Positions 23,069 through 38,344 of a DNA stretch of 64,000 bases are shown piece after piece. Source of the DNA: Eledone cirrhosa. Lineage: Eukaryota. Made by a program: the position numbers and the translations under genes. The stretch covers positions 31,744,001-31,808,000 of the forward strand of contig OZ024743.1 of NCBI GenBank assembly GCA_964016885.1. Reading direction: 5' to 3'. The notes beneath the pieces were generated by a model. The model saw nothing but the letters and a program-made list of their open reading frames with translations. It made no database searches and was not told the origin of the DNA. Every line of letters starts with the position of its first letter. Within the stretch, counting starts at the first letter, position 1.

Positions 23069-24750
23069 AATAATATTGCCAGAATTAATAAAAGATCACA
23101 CTCACTGTTTGGTTGGTTTTCGCATCTGTGTCTTTTATATCGGTTAATTTAATTTATTACACAAATATTACCATCCCCAAGTATAACAATATTTGTTTCG
23201 ACACACGATTTCATATCAAAAACCTCGCAAAACTAATATAAATATATATACGCATAACAAATGCATAGTTGTACACATAACATTAAATACTTAATACGAA
23301 TAACAGAACCGATCAGTAGAGTATATATTGCGTTATTTGCAACAAAGCAGCTTTAGAAAGCAAGTAGAATATTACAAAAGATGTTCACACTGCCAATGAT
23401 TATGGGAGACTACTAATTGGTATGGGAATCAATGACGCTATATACGCTATATAAAAGAAAGCTTTGTAAGATTCCTTTTTACTTGCAAAATATTATTGAT
23501 TTATGTCTCGTATGAAAACAACAGTTTTGTTATAATCAAATATTTGTTTCTTGTAGTATATTTCTTAAACTAACAATACGTATTGGCTTCTTCCTTTGTG
23601 AACTGAGAATTAGCGATGAAAGGATTCGTCAATTCCCATAGGATTCGAACACCATTATATGAGTCACCTCCGTTGTTACATAAAATACATAGTTAGGATG
23701 GTTAATATTTCATGAAATATACATTCTGGTTGCTATAAATCATTACGTCAAGCATTACTTTCCTTCTTATGGCTGATTCCTATATGAGAATAATTCTGAA
23801 TACTGGGTTACACACCAATCACCATCGATATAGAATATGAAATCCGGGTCGTATATGAAATATATTGCGTAATTTTGTACGATAAAATCAATTCTTTAAT
23901 GAGGCAGGTTAAAATAAGCTGAGGTCTAATTTATTAGTTCAGCTTATTGTTTTAATTCCCTTTTTACCAAGAATCGTAAAGTAAATATAAAGCATAGCAT
24001 TACTGATAAACATTTAAATATGCCCTGCATTTGTATGAAGATTACACTTGTAAAACTATTTTGGTCACTACAAATTCTAGACGGCAAAATTACTGTATAT
24101 CTTTTTAAAATAACTACAGATTTGAGAATAACTCACCCAGACATTAGGCATCCTCTTCTTTGCAAGACAATCTTTCTGTTCTAATCAGATGCAGAGGTCC
24201 CTTTACACACCTTATATGACCACACAATGTATTTATGCTTGGATCGTATACTAAAATTTAGAGAAACTCAAGTCAGTAAAATATTGCTTAGATTTATATC
24301 GCTGGTCAATTAATAAAGATTAGAAAACATTGTATGCGCAGTATATTTTTAAGAAAAGAATGTACATTCTTAGATTCATGCCTTTTTTGCCGTGAAATAA
24401 TATTATCCTCCTTAGAATAAGATTATTTTGCTGTAGTACAGGAATCTGTTCAAAGATTTCTTTTCTATCTGCACTATATGATGATGATTACTCTTCATAT
24501 AAAATATAGTTATTTTTCATCCACTTTCATTTGTTATTACTGATATCTTCATCTCACAAATATTATATATCCTTATCTCAATATAGTCGGTAATATTAAT
24601 TCCTATCTTTGCTTCAGTTGGAATCTCTCTAAATGCAAATATCCAGAAGGTGTTTTTCAAATATCTAAGATTCATAGAATACAATTTTATTCGGTAGGTT
24701 TCATTAAATTATACACACACACTGACACGCAGTCTTTGATTATCTATCTA

Positions 24751-24781
<31 letters not shown>

Positions 24782-25444
24782 GCGCGCGCGCGCGTGTGTG
24801 TGAGTGTGTGTGTGTGTGTGCGCGCGTGTGCGCGCACGTGTGTGTGTGCGTCTGTTCGTGTATGTATACATACGTACATACATGATTAGAATCTGAAATT
24901 TAAAAGCTTCATTTCCTCTGCATTGTACTATTTTCCTTGCTTATTCAAAATTCTTGCTTTTCTTTCATTATAATTTTGTCTGCTACATCATTTTTACCAC
25001 AATATCCATCATAAGAGGATTCCACATACAGTTTCATGCCTTTAACCACAAACATACACTGACATAATAATAGATGCATGTATACAGAGGCACACAACCG
25101 GTACATAGATAAAGAGAAAAAGATGAATGGATCGAGAGAAAGTTTTAAACAGAGTAGTCGCAGCAGTAGATTCCCCCAGATACACACAAACACACAGGTA
25201 TATTTACATTTGTGTGCGCGTATGTGTCTGCATAAACAAATCTATATATATATCCCCAACTAGCACACAAATTAATCTATTAAGTAGATACACTACGTTC
25301 TGTAGTCTCGTGTAAGCTCATAATACTTGTGGCAGTGAGAGGCCGTAACACTATAAAGGCTTAAATATTGTGGTATTGTATAGAGCAGTATCTGAGAAAA
25401 CTATATAGTACATAAATAATTATTAGATATTAATATATATTTGA

Positions 25445-25632
25445 GGGTGGTGGATTGGCAGCATCAGTAGAGGGTCGGACGCCATGCTTTCCAGCATAGT
25501 TACGTCCCTTTACGATCTGAGTTCAAATCCCGCCGAGGTTGACTTTGCCTTTCATCCTTACGGGGTCGATAAAATAAAGTACCAGTAATGCACTGGGTAA
25601 TTACTGGCCTTGTGCCAAAAGTAGAAACAATT
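25445..25632 (+). mobile_element. tRNA-derived SINE with target-site duplication ATTAATATATATT
   Basis: Same family as 4730-5502. Confidence 0.92.
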
Positions 25633-26185
25633 AATATATATTAACCGAATACAGATTCTGGTTTCAGTCGTTGCAGGATACGTTGTTTCACTTAAGGTAT
25701 TAACAAATTCCTATTTGGCATTATGTAAAGTGTTGAATAAGGATTATTATTAACGTATATGGTAGAAAGTCTCTATGTAGTCAATATTTAAAATTACCCA
25801 GTTTCAGCCAATGCATATGAAATTAAGAGGGTCCAATTATTGGGGGTGGCAAGCAAACTGTGGTCCGACCGGTGTCTTAGTTAACTATAGAGCCAGTTGT
25901 TGGGTACGTATAATCCACACGCTTTTGCTAATGTGCCTTTGATTCTGGGTTTTGAGGAATCTCAGATGTTCTACTGTTGGTGTTCCTCAGTAAACCTAAA
26001 TTTGAAGTGGATTATATTTATATGTGCTTTTTATGTGATAAACGCTATTGATTTACCATTAAGCAGAGGAATTTAGCAAACAAGATTCGTAGAATCAGGT
26101 CTACATATGAGTTGCATCGATAACCACTAGGAACGTAAAATAGAGCCGAGATAACAACGTTCAATTTCAATACTCTCGGTAAGGT

Positions 26186-26467
26186 CTTATACAGTTGCAG
26201 ACAAAACCTAATCCCTAGCACAGGCAACTGTCAGTACATTAAGATACTAGCGACTCATATGTTTTAGCGGCAATATCAGGGGACGCTTTCTAAATCAGAT
26301 TCAGAGGTTATACCATTCACATATTGATGACCTATTCCAAATAAATTAGGTGACCAGTTCCTAATAAGTTGACTCTAAGGTCGAATTTATCTTACATTTC
26401 CTTAGAAGACTTATTTCAATGTCAATCATGTGCATATATAGATTCATATTTGTATAAATATGAGTGT
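26186..26467 (+). repeat. ~280-bp dispersed direct duplication, copy 2
   Basis: Nearly identical to 22789-23068. Confidence 0.93.
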
Positions 26468-26699
26468 TAGTGTCTGTTCGAAATTAATCAACCCCTTATT
26501 AGAAACTGTTTGTGTATATTTATGTTTCTTGGGGGGGGGGGGGTCATAATGCATTAACTATTTAGTTTAGTTTGCCCACAATCTTGTTAGAATCAAACAT
26601 GTTGATAAGAAATATAGGCGGCAGCCCTACCACACATTTCTTTCAGATGTTACGTAAGTTAACTACCACTCTCTTGACTCATTTCATCATCAGTGGATG

Positions 26700-27440
26700 A
26701 GTCTCGAACTGAATAGAAGGACATTGTACACAGGTTCCTGTACATTATGATTTTGAGGTTGAAAATCAGATCTCTCAACCCAACATTCTTTCAAAGGTCT
26801 TCTAAGTGTTCTGCAGAAGGACCCGTAGAGGTATCTAGCTAGTGTGACTGATTATAGCAAGGTTGCAATGTTCTTCTCTTTCTCCGGTCCTCGTAATCTT
26901 TGGAATAGGAACACACATTGACTTCAGCTAGTCTGTTGGCCCACTCACACATCTACCGAATCTCGTATTACAGCTAACGCACCACTTGGATCATTATACG
27001 GTTGTCCGTCTTGACAGGCAGATATTCAGTAGAGATGTTTCCTCATGATTGCTAACGTCGTAATAAAGCGCACTAGGCAGTCATTTCATTTTCTCCATAT
27101 ATCCTGGTGGTCAGTCAAATCACAGCTCTCTTCGCTCTTGATGTCCTTCTACTTCGATTGAGAACCTTTCCACAGTTCATGCCGTTGTAAGTTTTCTTCC
27201 TGTTATGATGTGGCAAGCCGTCTTTTATTTCCGCATACTTTGCTTCATGCCACTTGGCCTTGTCCTCATGACCACGCTTTTGACAACTCTGTTGGATTTT
27301 CGTTACCTTGCTTCACGTTCTTGCGTGATGATCGTCTTGTACTTGAAGTCACCCCAATTGTCCATCTGCTGAACAGTCTCCTCATTGCTCCACCATTCAT
27401 TGTCCCTTCTTGGTTACTTGCCAAGAACCCCTTCTGAAGA
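26700..27440 (-). mobile_element. Degraded RTE-type LINE (linker and RT start)
   Basis: Broken peptides NEWWSNEETV, EDKAKWHEAKYAEIK, VCVPIPK, LAIISH and RDLIFNLKII. Confidence 0.62.
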
Positions 27441-27676
27441 TAGCGCGGGCTATCGTCAGGATGCAAAACTCTATGTGTGCGTGTATATGTCTGTGTATAT
27501 ATAGGTGTATATATATATATATATTTATATTTTAGTATATGTTGGTTGTATAACAACACCTCAGTATGTAGATTGGAGCACTCGACGAAGTGCGCAGGTT
27601 GGTTTGGTTACTCCGGAGTAATGTAAAATAAAATAAAATAAATAAGTCAAATGTAAAAAATTTGGCTTCGTTTATT

Positions 27677-27731
27677 ACTACAATATATATTTCGGTGACA
27701 GCCGTCTTTGGCTGTGACCTCTTCAGGCAGT
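27677..27731 (-). ncRNA. Type I hammerhead ribozyme in an inverted segment 5' of a PLE
   Basis: Reverse complement reads ACTGC-CTGAAGA-GGTCACAGCC-AAAGAC-GGCTGTCACC-GAAAT-ATAT-ATT-GTAGT. Confidence 0.78.
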
Positions 27732-27739
27732 CCAAGAAA

Positions 27740-28265
27740 CCCAAAGAGACCCGGCGACCCCTCACCGTGCCTGGGGGAAGACCACCTTGTAACACCTAAC
27801 GGGAACCTCAATTTAGGCACGCAGAGGTCGACCACCCTCTGCAATTGCAGAAACCCCGAATCATGCCCCCTGGGTAATGACTGCCTTAAGAAGAACCTAG
27901 TATACGGTTGTAGGGTTAAAACGCCCAACTCCGAACAACTATACATAGGAACAACATCAATGAGCTTTAAAGACCGCTGGTATAACCATCACCATTCCTT
28001 CAATAAAGAGGCCAAAAGGAAAAGTACGGCTCTCTCAGACCTGATCCGGAAGCTTAAGCTGGACAGGACCCCGTACTCTCTAGCCTGGTCCATAATCAGG
28101 AAAGTACCGCCCGATAAAGGAGGATCTTGCATATGCAAACTATGTCTGAACGAGACCCTCGAGATACTAAGAGGTGGAACCGGCCTGATAAACCTCAGAA
28201 CCGACTTCTTCGGGACATGCAGACACCTCAGGGCCGGGACCTTCCTCAATATATATGGACAGTAG
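27740..28265 (+). mobile_element. PLE GIY-YIG endonuclease (CxCx5CPLx3C type, probably Naiad-like), 5'-truncated
   Basis: CNCRNPESCPLGNDC, LVY..YIGTT, FKDRWYNH, CKLCLNE and TCRH. Confidence 0.9.
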
Positions 28266-28929
28266 CAACACAATAAGATGTGAACACCCCTCAAGCTATA
28301 GGGAATTCTCCAGAACATGTAGACACCACTCGGCCAGACCTCCTTCAAGCTATATGGGCAGTAACAACACCATAGGTTGGGAACTCCCCTCAAGCCATAG
28401 GGACCAACCCAGGCTGAGCAGACACCATGATAGCATAGACATTGATTCTGACACAGCCTTTATAATTTGGCCAACATATTTATAACACACACACATTTTA
28501 CTTTACTTGATTTTTGATTTTTGACTTTTGATTTTTGATTTCTCATTATTCATTTGTTATTTGTTTTCTGTTTTCTTCACTTTATCACCTTATATTTATA
28601 TTTATATTTAAGTTGACATTGGTTATTACACACACACATATTATTTGATTATCCTATTTCGCTTTATTCTTTTACCATCTTGTTCCTCCTACCACTTTAT
28701 CCAACATATTTCTGACCTTGAGATTGGTTATAGCACACACACATTTTATCTTATTTATTTGAATCTTCATTTTTATTTTTCACTTTTCACTTTCATTTTT
28801 CATTCTCCATTTTCATTTTTCATTACTTTTTCATTTATTCTATATTCTCTATTTATTATTTATTTTCTGTTTTCTTCATTTTATTGCCTTCTATTTCTTC
28901 ATATACATGGCAGAAATTGAAAAGTAAAT

Positions 28930-29540
28930 TGACAATATTATCTTCTTCGCCCACTTATTTCTGAGAATGTCGTGGGGGACAGAGTCCTCCTCAAACACTC
29001 TTTCCAGCAAGTCTGTCAGAAGCAAACAGTCTAACTGACACAGCTGGATCAGCCGGGGTCTACCTCTGGGTCTCTTACTGGTTGTTTTTGCCTGTAAAAT
29101 CCGTCCAGCGATTCTTTACTGAGACATTCTAATCACATGCCCATATTATCGGAGCTGTGTTCTCTCAATCCGGAGAAGTAGCGACGCTACCTGGAGTGAC
29201 TCTCTGATAACTGTACTATGCACTTTATGGAGTAACGTTTCTCCAAAGACCCTTTTGGAGGAACCCCATTTCTGCCGTTTGTATTTGCAATTGTATTCTT
29301 TCGGTCCTTACACAAGATTCATGACACTCGGTAAGGGTAGGAAGAATACTAGGAAGACAGCGGGTTTGGCATTTAGAAACCACTTATGATTACTGAATGT
29401 TGAAGCTGGCGCATTACTGCATCAGTTTTTGCAATTCTTGCACTTAATTCAGCCTCCTGCCTTCTATACCTCATGAACACGGCCCCGAGATACTTTAACT
29501 TCTCTACCTGCTTCAGTGGAACACCATTCACATTTGAGCG
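28930..29540 (-). mobile_element. RTE-type LINE 3' fragment
   Basis: VNGVPLKQVEKLKYLG..ELSARIAK; QLR*YGHVIRM; KRPRGRPR. Confidence 0.88.
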
Positions 29541-30268
29541 ACGTCTGTCCATCCGTCCGTCACAAACTCGTGTGTGTGTCTTTGTGTTAATGTATGTGTG
29601 TGTAAAAGAAAGGAAGGGGATACTCACATATATGTCTCCAACTTAAAAACGGTGACACACACACACACACCAACACACACATATATATATATATATATTA
29701 TATTATAATTTGAGATTAAACTCTCAGTCGTTTACAATAAATCAGCTCCAGGAAAGGGGTATTTCCGAGCAGTTAAATACATTAATATATATGATAAACA
29801 CAAAACGTGTTTGCATTGTAACAGACAAAGTGATCTATTAATGAAATAAACTAATTAAAGTGAAAACAATTTGTCTGTCTCGATATAAGTCAATAAAGAC
29901 AAGCTTATATTGGCAAAGGCCGTGATTCCTGGACAAATCTAAATTTCAAAATCCAAACCCGCTCCGTAGATGAATTTGAATTTCGAAATCTAAATATGTT
30001 TCGCAACGATGGTACATGAATTGAAAAATAAAGAGAATCGATATGGAATTGAAATAAAAAGTGAAATATCCAAATCTTCTGTGCATATCAACAGGAACCC
30101 AGTAAAATTAGCATATCTCACCATCAAAAAATGTTGCAGGTCTGACTACACGTGGGTCTAGCCAGGCCAAAGTAGCCGTCCCACATTCCCGGTGCTAGAA
30201 ATAACAGCCGTTTATGCGGGATTAAAGATCAGCTCTACAGTTAAGGAGCAATATACTATATTATAATT

Positions 30269-30333
<65 letters not shown>

Positions 30334-30427
30334 CACACAGACATATATATATATAACCAACACGCCTATAATTTAATAATGCCGACAAACTCACGTGAGC
30401 ACACATACTGTCTGGGTTGTCCATAAT

Positions 30428-30670
30428 TGATGGGAAAGACCTGACGGTCTTACCCTGTGCCCCTGGTCAAGAGGCAGGAGCCTTGCCTGGAACATCCCAG
30501 TTAGTGACTGTTTTGCTTCTTCCCACATCCTGGAAGCAGCAGTAAGAGCGAGAGCCACACTATCCGCTGCTGAACAGAACGAAATCCTAAGATAACGTGA
30601 TCTGTTGGCTAACTACATTTTCCAGCCTGTGGCGTTCGAGACGTTTGGGGAAGTCGGGCTACTGACAGCA
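30428..30670 (+). mobile_element. CRE-clade retrotransposon endonuclease fragment
   Basis: RPDGLTLCPWSRGRSLAW...AAE...YIFQPVAFETFG. Confidence 0.82.
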
Positions 30671-32438
30671 GTAGGCCTTGTGCCTATAATATGTTTGTGT
30701 GAGTGTATGTATGTGTTTGTGTGAAAGTATGTATATTTGTGAGGAATGTATGCCTGTGAGTGTATATTTTTGTAAGTGTGTCTGTGTTTGCAAAATTAGT
30801 TATATATGCACATACACACACACACATACGTACACGTCAGCGCGTTGAAAAAGATCTTAATCTATTCATTTCTCTCTCTCTATCTCTTTCTCCCTCTCTC
30901 TCTCGCTATATATATATATATATATATGGTGGTGGTGGTGGGAAGTATGGAAATTATTTTAATCTTTTAAAAGAAAAGAAAATGATTTATGTTTAATCAT
31001 TTGTTACGAAATTGAGTACATAAATTATGTAATATTGATTCATTATTTATTCAAAGTAATCAAACTTATTTTACTAACGGGATTAAAAAATATGTTCTGG
31101 ACACTTTCCCGCACTCCGCCCTATATTGTAGTATAGATTCCTATATTCGAGGACGTTACTAGGTTTGTTTGACACTGAAGGAAGGTGAAACCGTAAGCAT
31201 ATATATATAAGATAACACTTTAATACATAAAATTTGATTACGATTCTCATTATTTGATGTTCAACTTTCATAAAATGAAATTGCCTATATTTATTTTTAC
31301 GGGAATTATATGAATCCGGATATATTGTATTGGCACCAAAGGGATTACAGCTTTGATCTTAATAAAATTATTCGTGCTATAAAGCAGTGCCTACTTTTAT
31401 CCCAATCATCTTTCGAGGATAAAAGGAAACGACATTGAATCTCTTCATGAATTAATGTTCTGTATATAGTACACAGGGGCCCGTCAGCGCTCATTTAACG
31501 ACTAAGCCGTACGTTTGAGCGAGGATCTAAAACGAACATCGTCAAAGCGAACTGCTCCTTATACGTTAAGAAATACCTGTCAACACTTTAATGAATGACT
31601 ATCATCTTCCTGTTGGTAATGTTTATAGGCAGACAGCTATATACGTTTAGGAACCCAATTCAACACTTCCTAGGATATGAACTATTTGTCTTTCAGTCAT
31701 TTCATTGCCAGCTAACAAAGACTGCCAACTGAAATAATCACTACAATAATAACGAAGTGGAGGATTCCTTATGTTACCTCGTTAAATTACGAAAAAAAAG
31801 TAAGGTTATGAAACGTGCATCTTTAACAAACTTCACTGCAGGCAGTTATTGATTACATCTATAACGAAAATTTATCGAAAATTACATTTGTTAGTAGATT
31901 TCTCACATAAGTAATTCAAGTCAATTACTATATTCTTTGAAACGGCCATGTGCTGCAAAATGTTGTCATTATAGATATTGATGAGATAGCTCTGCTGAAT
32001 GTCCTTTATTTAGTCACGACTGCATATATCATAGAACAAAAGAATCTAAAATCTACTACGAAAGAGGCGTATATTATTTCACTCTCTGTAAACATTATTT
32101 CACTCCCTGCTCGCTTCTACGTTATTTTCACTCCTCAAATTTCACTAATATCAAACATAGACTAACTTATCATCTAAAAGGTTCTTTAGTTCGTAGATAA
32201 TAGCTTTCCTAGTTTTGATTCCCTTGTAACTTGACAATCCTGCACTCACGGATATATTTGATTCTTCAGTAGAATTGATATTATTTGTATTATATTGTAT
32301 TTATAGTTTCAAATATCTTTCTTAATTTCAAAGTATCCTTAGTATCCAAAATATTCCAAAGTCTTTGAATTCTTTAATGCCCTTTATGCATTTATCTGGT
32401 TACGTCCGATTATAGGAAATCATTTTAAAGTCTTTCCT

Positions 32439-32519
<81 letters not shown>

Positions 32520-34147
32520 TGTCATATATTTAATCAATATGGAAAGCCGAGGAAGTATCCATAAAGGTAACATTCGTGATTATTGTCAGAACAAAACAAA
32601 TGTGTTCTGTGTAATCTTGCCATGTTCCAGTTTCTGGGTTTTTTTGGTTTCTTTCTTACGTAGGATTTTCAAATCTTTCATCTGTCTAGTTGCCGACTGT
32701 GAAGAACTCTGTGGAATCCAATAGCATCTTTACATGTGTTTTAAGACGCTGGGACTAGGTGCAAGCACGCAAAACAAAGTTTCTTAATTTAATATAGATT
32801 AATGTGATATCCAATAAGAAACCAGATTAAATGAATATTGAAAAACACAGTCAAAGAAACAGTGGGCTATCATTGAAAATCATTGCACACACGAAACTCT
32901 ATTTTTAATGATATTATGATAGTTCAGACCAAAGCCTTTTGTAAAGTATGTTATATTATTGAGGAAAATATTTGACGCCATAGAGTCCGGTAGGCAGCTC
33001 GGCCTCGATTTCATATTATAGTCGTTTCAAATTATGTATTAGAGTAATAATGGGATTGATACTGTCGTCTGGAGAATGATATACACGTTGCGGCCTTGCC
33101 CATGTTCGAATGAAATCAAATACTAAATGAACGATTCTGCTATTTAATTATCTTGTAAATTCCAGTAGGGTTCACATATAAGCTGAAGATTCGGTAGTTA
33201 ATGGCAGAGAAGCCTCCATCTGTGTAGAAGATCAGTAAAATCGGGTAACATCTCGACTCAGTTAGATATATATTCTTCAAACAGAAATGAATTAAAACCT
33301 GTAGATCACCACTTAAACAATTTCAAGGAGATTTGTATCTACATCTTATTAGCTTGTAGACCGAAACATTACGCAAATACAACTTTACTGTTCAATGTTC
33401 AATGTGGATTTGAAATAAAAGGTAGGTTGTTTATGCGATTCTCGAAAACATTTCAGGTTGAATTAAGCGACATCGATTCTGAAACCTTGTGCTGGGGGAG
33501 TAACGTCTAAATACAAATAACGTTGTTATGGTAACGCTGCCTTCTAATCATTGATGTTAGTCTTAATGTCTGATATAGATAAACATATTATTGGGGGAAA
33601 AAAACGCAAATAATATAGACAGAAGCAAAATATGCAGGAGTGGTAGATTTGTTTGTATTCTTTCCAAGATTTCCAGCTAATATTTTGAGTTTTGTTGCGT
33701 TTTTTGTCCTAGCTGTTTAGCCTGATGTCAAGTCGTGTTTGAGCAATTTTATGATTTAAAATTATCCAGCCACGAGTATTCAGATTTATCAAAACAGAGG
33801 ATAGCTATTATACAGTGTTACATTATACAGTGTGACTTATACAGCGTGACATTATACAGTGTGACATTCCTAATCGTTTTAGTGTTTTATCCAATAGGAT
33901 TGATTTTGGTTTCTTTGCACGTTTTCAAAATTATTCCATTCAAGCAGTAAAATGCATAGCTAAAAAGGATTAGCAATTTTTTCTACTTTTCAATAGTTGA
34001 TGATCATATGTTTAATGCTAGCTTGACGTATTCTTTAATTTCATGGGGTGTAGACTGTATTGTATGCATATTAAACTCAGTAATTAAAAAATACTTTCAT
34101 TTTATTGATATCGTGAAAAATGATATTCATAATGCAGGATTTGAACA

Positions 34148-34557
<410 letters not shown>

Positions 34558-35123
34558 AGACCTGATCTAGCAAACTTACACCCAAAGTTCAATGACCACA
34601 TTTTTTTCCTACTGTCTGGTTGTCGTATTTTTTTTTAGTTTTTTATAGAATTTATAGTGTTAATGATGATTGTTTTGAGAATTATGGTTTTATGTTACTG
34701 GCAACAGTGTTTGTTTCTGTTTGTTTCTATGTAATTCTTGGTTCTTCTTCTACATTGTTTGACATGATCAAGAAATACAATCAGTAACAATATTATTTTT
34801 ATAAGCAGTTTTCTGGACATCTGAAAGTGTCCTTTATAATGTTTTATTGTGGTTACTAATGTTACATTTAAAATAAAGCCATTCTCTTTTTCTTTTCATT
34901 GATTCACATTGACATTGATGCTACAACACGTTAATAAAGTGCTATGAAAGAAATATAGCTGATATTCATAAATTGTTTATCTTCATCTGATCCTAACCAT
35001 CACATCAGAGGATTAAAAAATGTTTCTTCTTAACATTTCGCAGTTTTCTTACATCAAAAGATGACTGACGACATTTGAAGATATTAACGAAATGTAAATG
35101 GTTTTATTATTTAGATATTATAG

Positions 35124-36340
35124 AGGTCGGTGAATTGGCAGTATCGATAGAAGGTCCCTTTACGATCTGAGTTACGTCCCTTTACGATCTGAGTTCAAAT
35201 CCCGCCGAGGTTAATTTTGCCTTTCATCCATACAGAGGTCGATAAAATAAAGTACCAGTAATACACTGGGATAATTGCTGGCCTTGTGCCAAAAGTAGAA
35301 ACAATTATTTAGATAGTATATAGAGATGGGGGGGTCGCAGAATCATTAGAGCAACATGTATAATGACTTGTGTTATTTTATCTGGTCCTTAACGATCTCA
35401 GTGCAGGTTATATCGAGGACAATTTTGCTTTTCGTTTTTTTCGGAATCGATAAAATAAAGTACCACTTAAACCCTGAGGTCCATAACATCGACTCTTCCT
35501 TCAGCATAGAATTGCTAGCCGTGTCCCTAAATTAGAATCCATTTGGTGAAGGCGCATGACTTAGTGGTTAGAGCATTGGGCTTGCAATCGGAAGGTTGCG
35601 AGTTCGATTCTCGGACTGGGTGATACGTTGTGTCCTTGAGCAAGACACTTTATTTCACGTTGCTCCAGTTTATTCAGCTGTAGAAATGAGTTGCGATCCT
35701 GCCAAATCAATGGTTGGTAGTAGTTCCAGCTGCAAACATCGAAAGACTGGTCTAGTGGTTCTGAGAATAATGCGGCTTTGCAGATGATCAATGCAATTTG
35801 ACAATGTAAAGGCGCTCCCGTTCGAGTTAGAAGAGAACTATTGACCTACAGGAGAAGCAGCGACCCATGATTGTATTCAGCAACTGAAACAAATATGAAG
35901 TACACCAAAACCAATGCTCCTAGTGGCGGCCCTGGTTCTTCTTATTTGCGAGTGTAAACTCGGCCAGATTAGATTAAATTGATCCACAGGTTGGGCAAAA
36001 TAACGTGACGGTGGATTGGCAGTATCGGTAGAGGTTCGGACGTCATGCTTTCCGGTCTGAGTTCAAATCCCGCCGAGTTTAGCTTTGCCTTTCCTCCTTA
36101 TGGGGTCGATAAAATAAAGTACCAGTAATGCACTGGGATAATTGATAGCCTTGTTCCAAAAGTAAAAACCATTATTTTTCCTGGTTCTTCACATTCTCAG
36201 TATAAAACACACCGAGGTCAATTTTACCATTCGTCCTTTTGGGCTCTATAAAATACTGTAGCAACCACGTAGAGGATTGATTAGAGATTGACGTCCCCAC
36301 CACCAATCATCTGGATTTGTGAATATGTTAGAAATTACTA
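35124..36340 (+). mobile_element. SINE cluster: family 1 (35124-35308, 36008-36175; older copies ~35330-35540, ~36205-36340) and family 2 (35550-35697)
   Basis: A and B boxes and shared cores. Family 2 has GAGTTCGATTC and GTGTCCTTGAGCAAGACAC. Confidence 0.88.
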
Positions 36341-37829
36341 TTTATCTATAATATTGCGTAGTCATCAATTTCTTTTTTCAATAAAATAAAGGCACTGAAC
36401 AATTGATTTAGGGGAGTAGAAATTGAAGCATATCATGTCCAGAACTTTCCTTATGTGTATGGAAGAGTTACCTATGGACTTACAAGTTCAGTCCAGCGGA
36501 CGGATTTCTAAACAATTTCCATCTACACAATGTCACTTATCGAGCTGCGGCTATCATACCTGCCCATGATTCCATACTGTGGCATCTACCAGGAAGTTGA
36601 CTATTGCAGGGCAGACATCCATATCATTGGGCTGAGCTGCTTGCAAAGAAAGCGAGATATATTATTTTTAACCTGCCGCTGAGCAAAGTCTGAACGAAGG
36701 ATTCATATTTGCTGTCAAAACTGTTTTATATCAACAATGTTTGTAATATATTCACAAATATATTCATCATATGGTTGTCTCATAACTATGTACAAAATTC
36801 ATCTATTCTGCCCACAATAAGTAAATGTATTTACTCAGGAATTTTAAACATTATTGTGACATCTATTCTTCCAGATATTTCTAACGTAGCAAGAACAGGA
36901 ACATCTATAAATATATCAAAACATACATCATGCTAATGAATTCCCTAATGATATAGATAGGAAAGTAAAACCGATCAATACAAGCAAACCAGCTAACCAA
37001 CAATCAGCCAACAATTTCGGAGTCGCAGATGTTGCAAATTCTATAAATTTCCTTCAGGAGTTCACTTTGTAATTTTCAGAAGTCATAAACAATAATTGTA
37101 GTTCTATTTTAAAACTATCTATAAATTATTCATTTAGAAACAAATGTTATATTTACGAGAGAAAGAATATTCAGTCACCACTAATGTTCTTCTGTAACAA
37201 GTGAAACAAACATTGGCTTCAATATTTTTCTTCCTGAAATGTTGTTCTGTTTCTGTATAAAACTAATCATGATTCATATATATGTGTGTATATATGAGTG
37301 TGTGTGTGTATGTCTGTATATATATATTTGTATGTATGTTTGCGTCTATACATATATATATATATATATATGTGCGTGTGTGTATGTGTGTGTGTGTGTT
37401 CGTGTTTATGTGTTTGTGTGTGTGTGCGTCTGCAAAGTATTATTAGAAACTGTTTATTTTTATCCACAAACTTGAAAGTACATATTTAGACTACAAATTT
37501 CTCATTATTGAAGCGCAAACAATTATATATCCTTCTTGAATATCCCCAAAGAGATGAAATACCCACACGCTTATACACACACATTTAAAAGGAGATAATG
37601 AAAATTATAGAAAGCAACATATATTAGGGTCAACACACAGCACGTGTATAACAAGCAAATTTCGTCAGAAAATGAAATCGAATTTCTCATAAATGCATAG
37701 TTTTCCCATTCCCAAACTGAAAACATAGACGCCTGGTGTCGTCCAAATCAAATGGCCAAACTAACAGTGCAACCTTTCAATAATTGATCGGAGAAGAGAA
37801 CTAACTCAAACATGTTGAAGTCTCAGGAT

Positions 37830-38344
37830 ACTCCTGCGCTAAGAACATGAAGGCCCACATCAACAGCAACCCTAGGAGCAACAACCCACCAGGATGCTCT
37901 TGCCGTAAGCCTGAAGCTTGCCCCCTTCAACGGCAATGCAACACACCAGCTGTAATCTATGAGGCTGTGGTCACTTCCAACCGACCAAACCTACCACAAG
38001 ATGTCAAATCCTATGTGGTCATGGCTGAGGGCCAATTCAAGGAACGTTTCCTGAAACACCAGTCTACCTTCAGATACCCGGACAGACGTTCATCCATGAA
38101 ACTCGCGAGCCACGTATGGTCCTTCAAGGACTCAAGTGCAGACTACTCCATCCAATGGAAAGGCATCACTAAGTCCAAACCATACGCAAGGGGAAATCCG
38201 ACGTGTGGCTTATGTATTGACGAACGAATAACTATTCTAAAGAGATTACGCAATAGTGATTGCCTAAACACGAGAAGTGAATTTTTCACACGTTGTCCAC
38301 ACGTCGCCAAACAACTATTACATAACTACAAGGCTCCGAACTGA
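37830..38344 (+). mobile_element. PLE GIY-YIG endonuclease (CxCx5CPLx3C type), 5'-truncated
   Basis: YSCAKNM, CSCRKPEACPLQRQC, VIY..SYVV, FKERFLKH, CGLCIDE and RCPH. Confidence 0.88.

Noticed and set aside
27433-27461. CTGAAGATAGC-GCGG-GCTATCGTCAG, with CUGANGA on both strands
   Set aside because: It is a simple hairpin with no GAAA or stem III.
27708-28265. Possible selenocysteine recoding as reported for some Naiad-type PLEs (also 37847-38344)
   Set aside because: Conserved Cys positions are ordinary Cys codons, with no in-frame UGA in these fragments.
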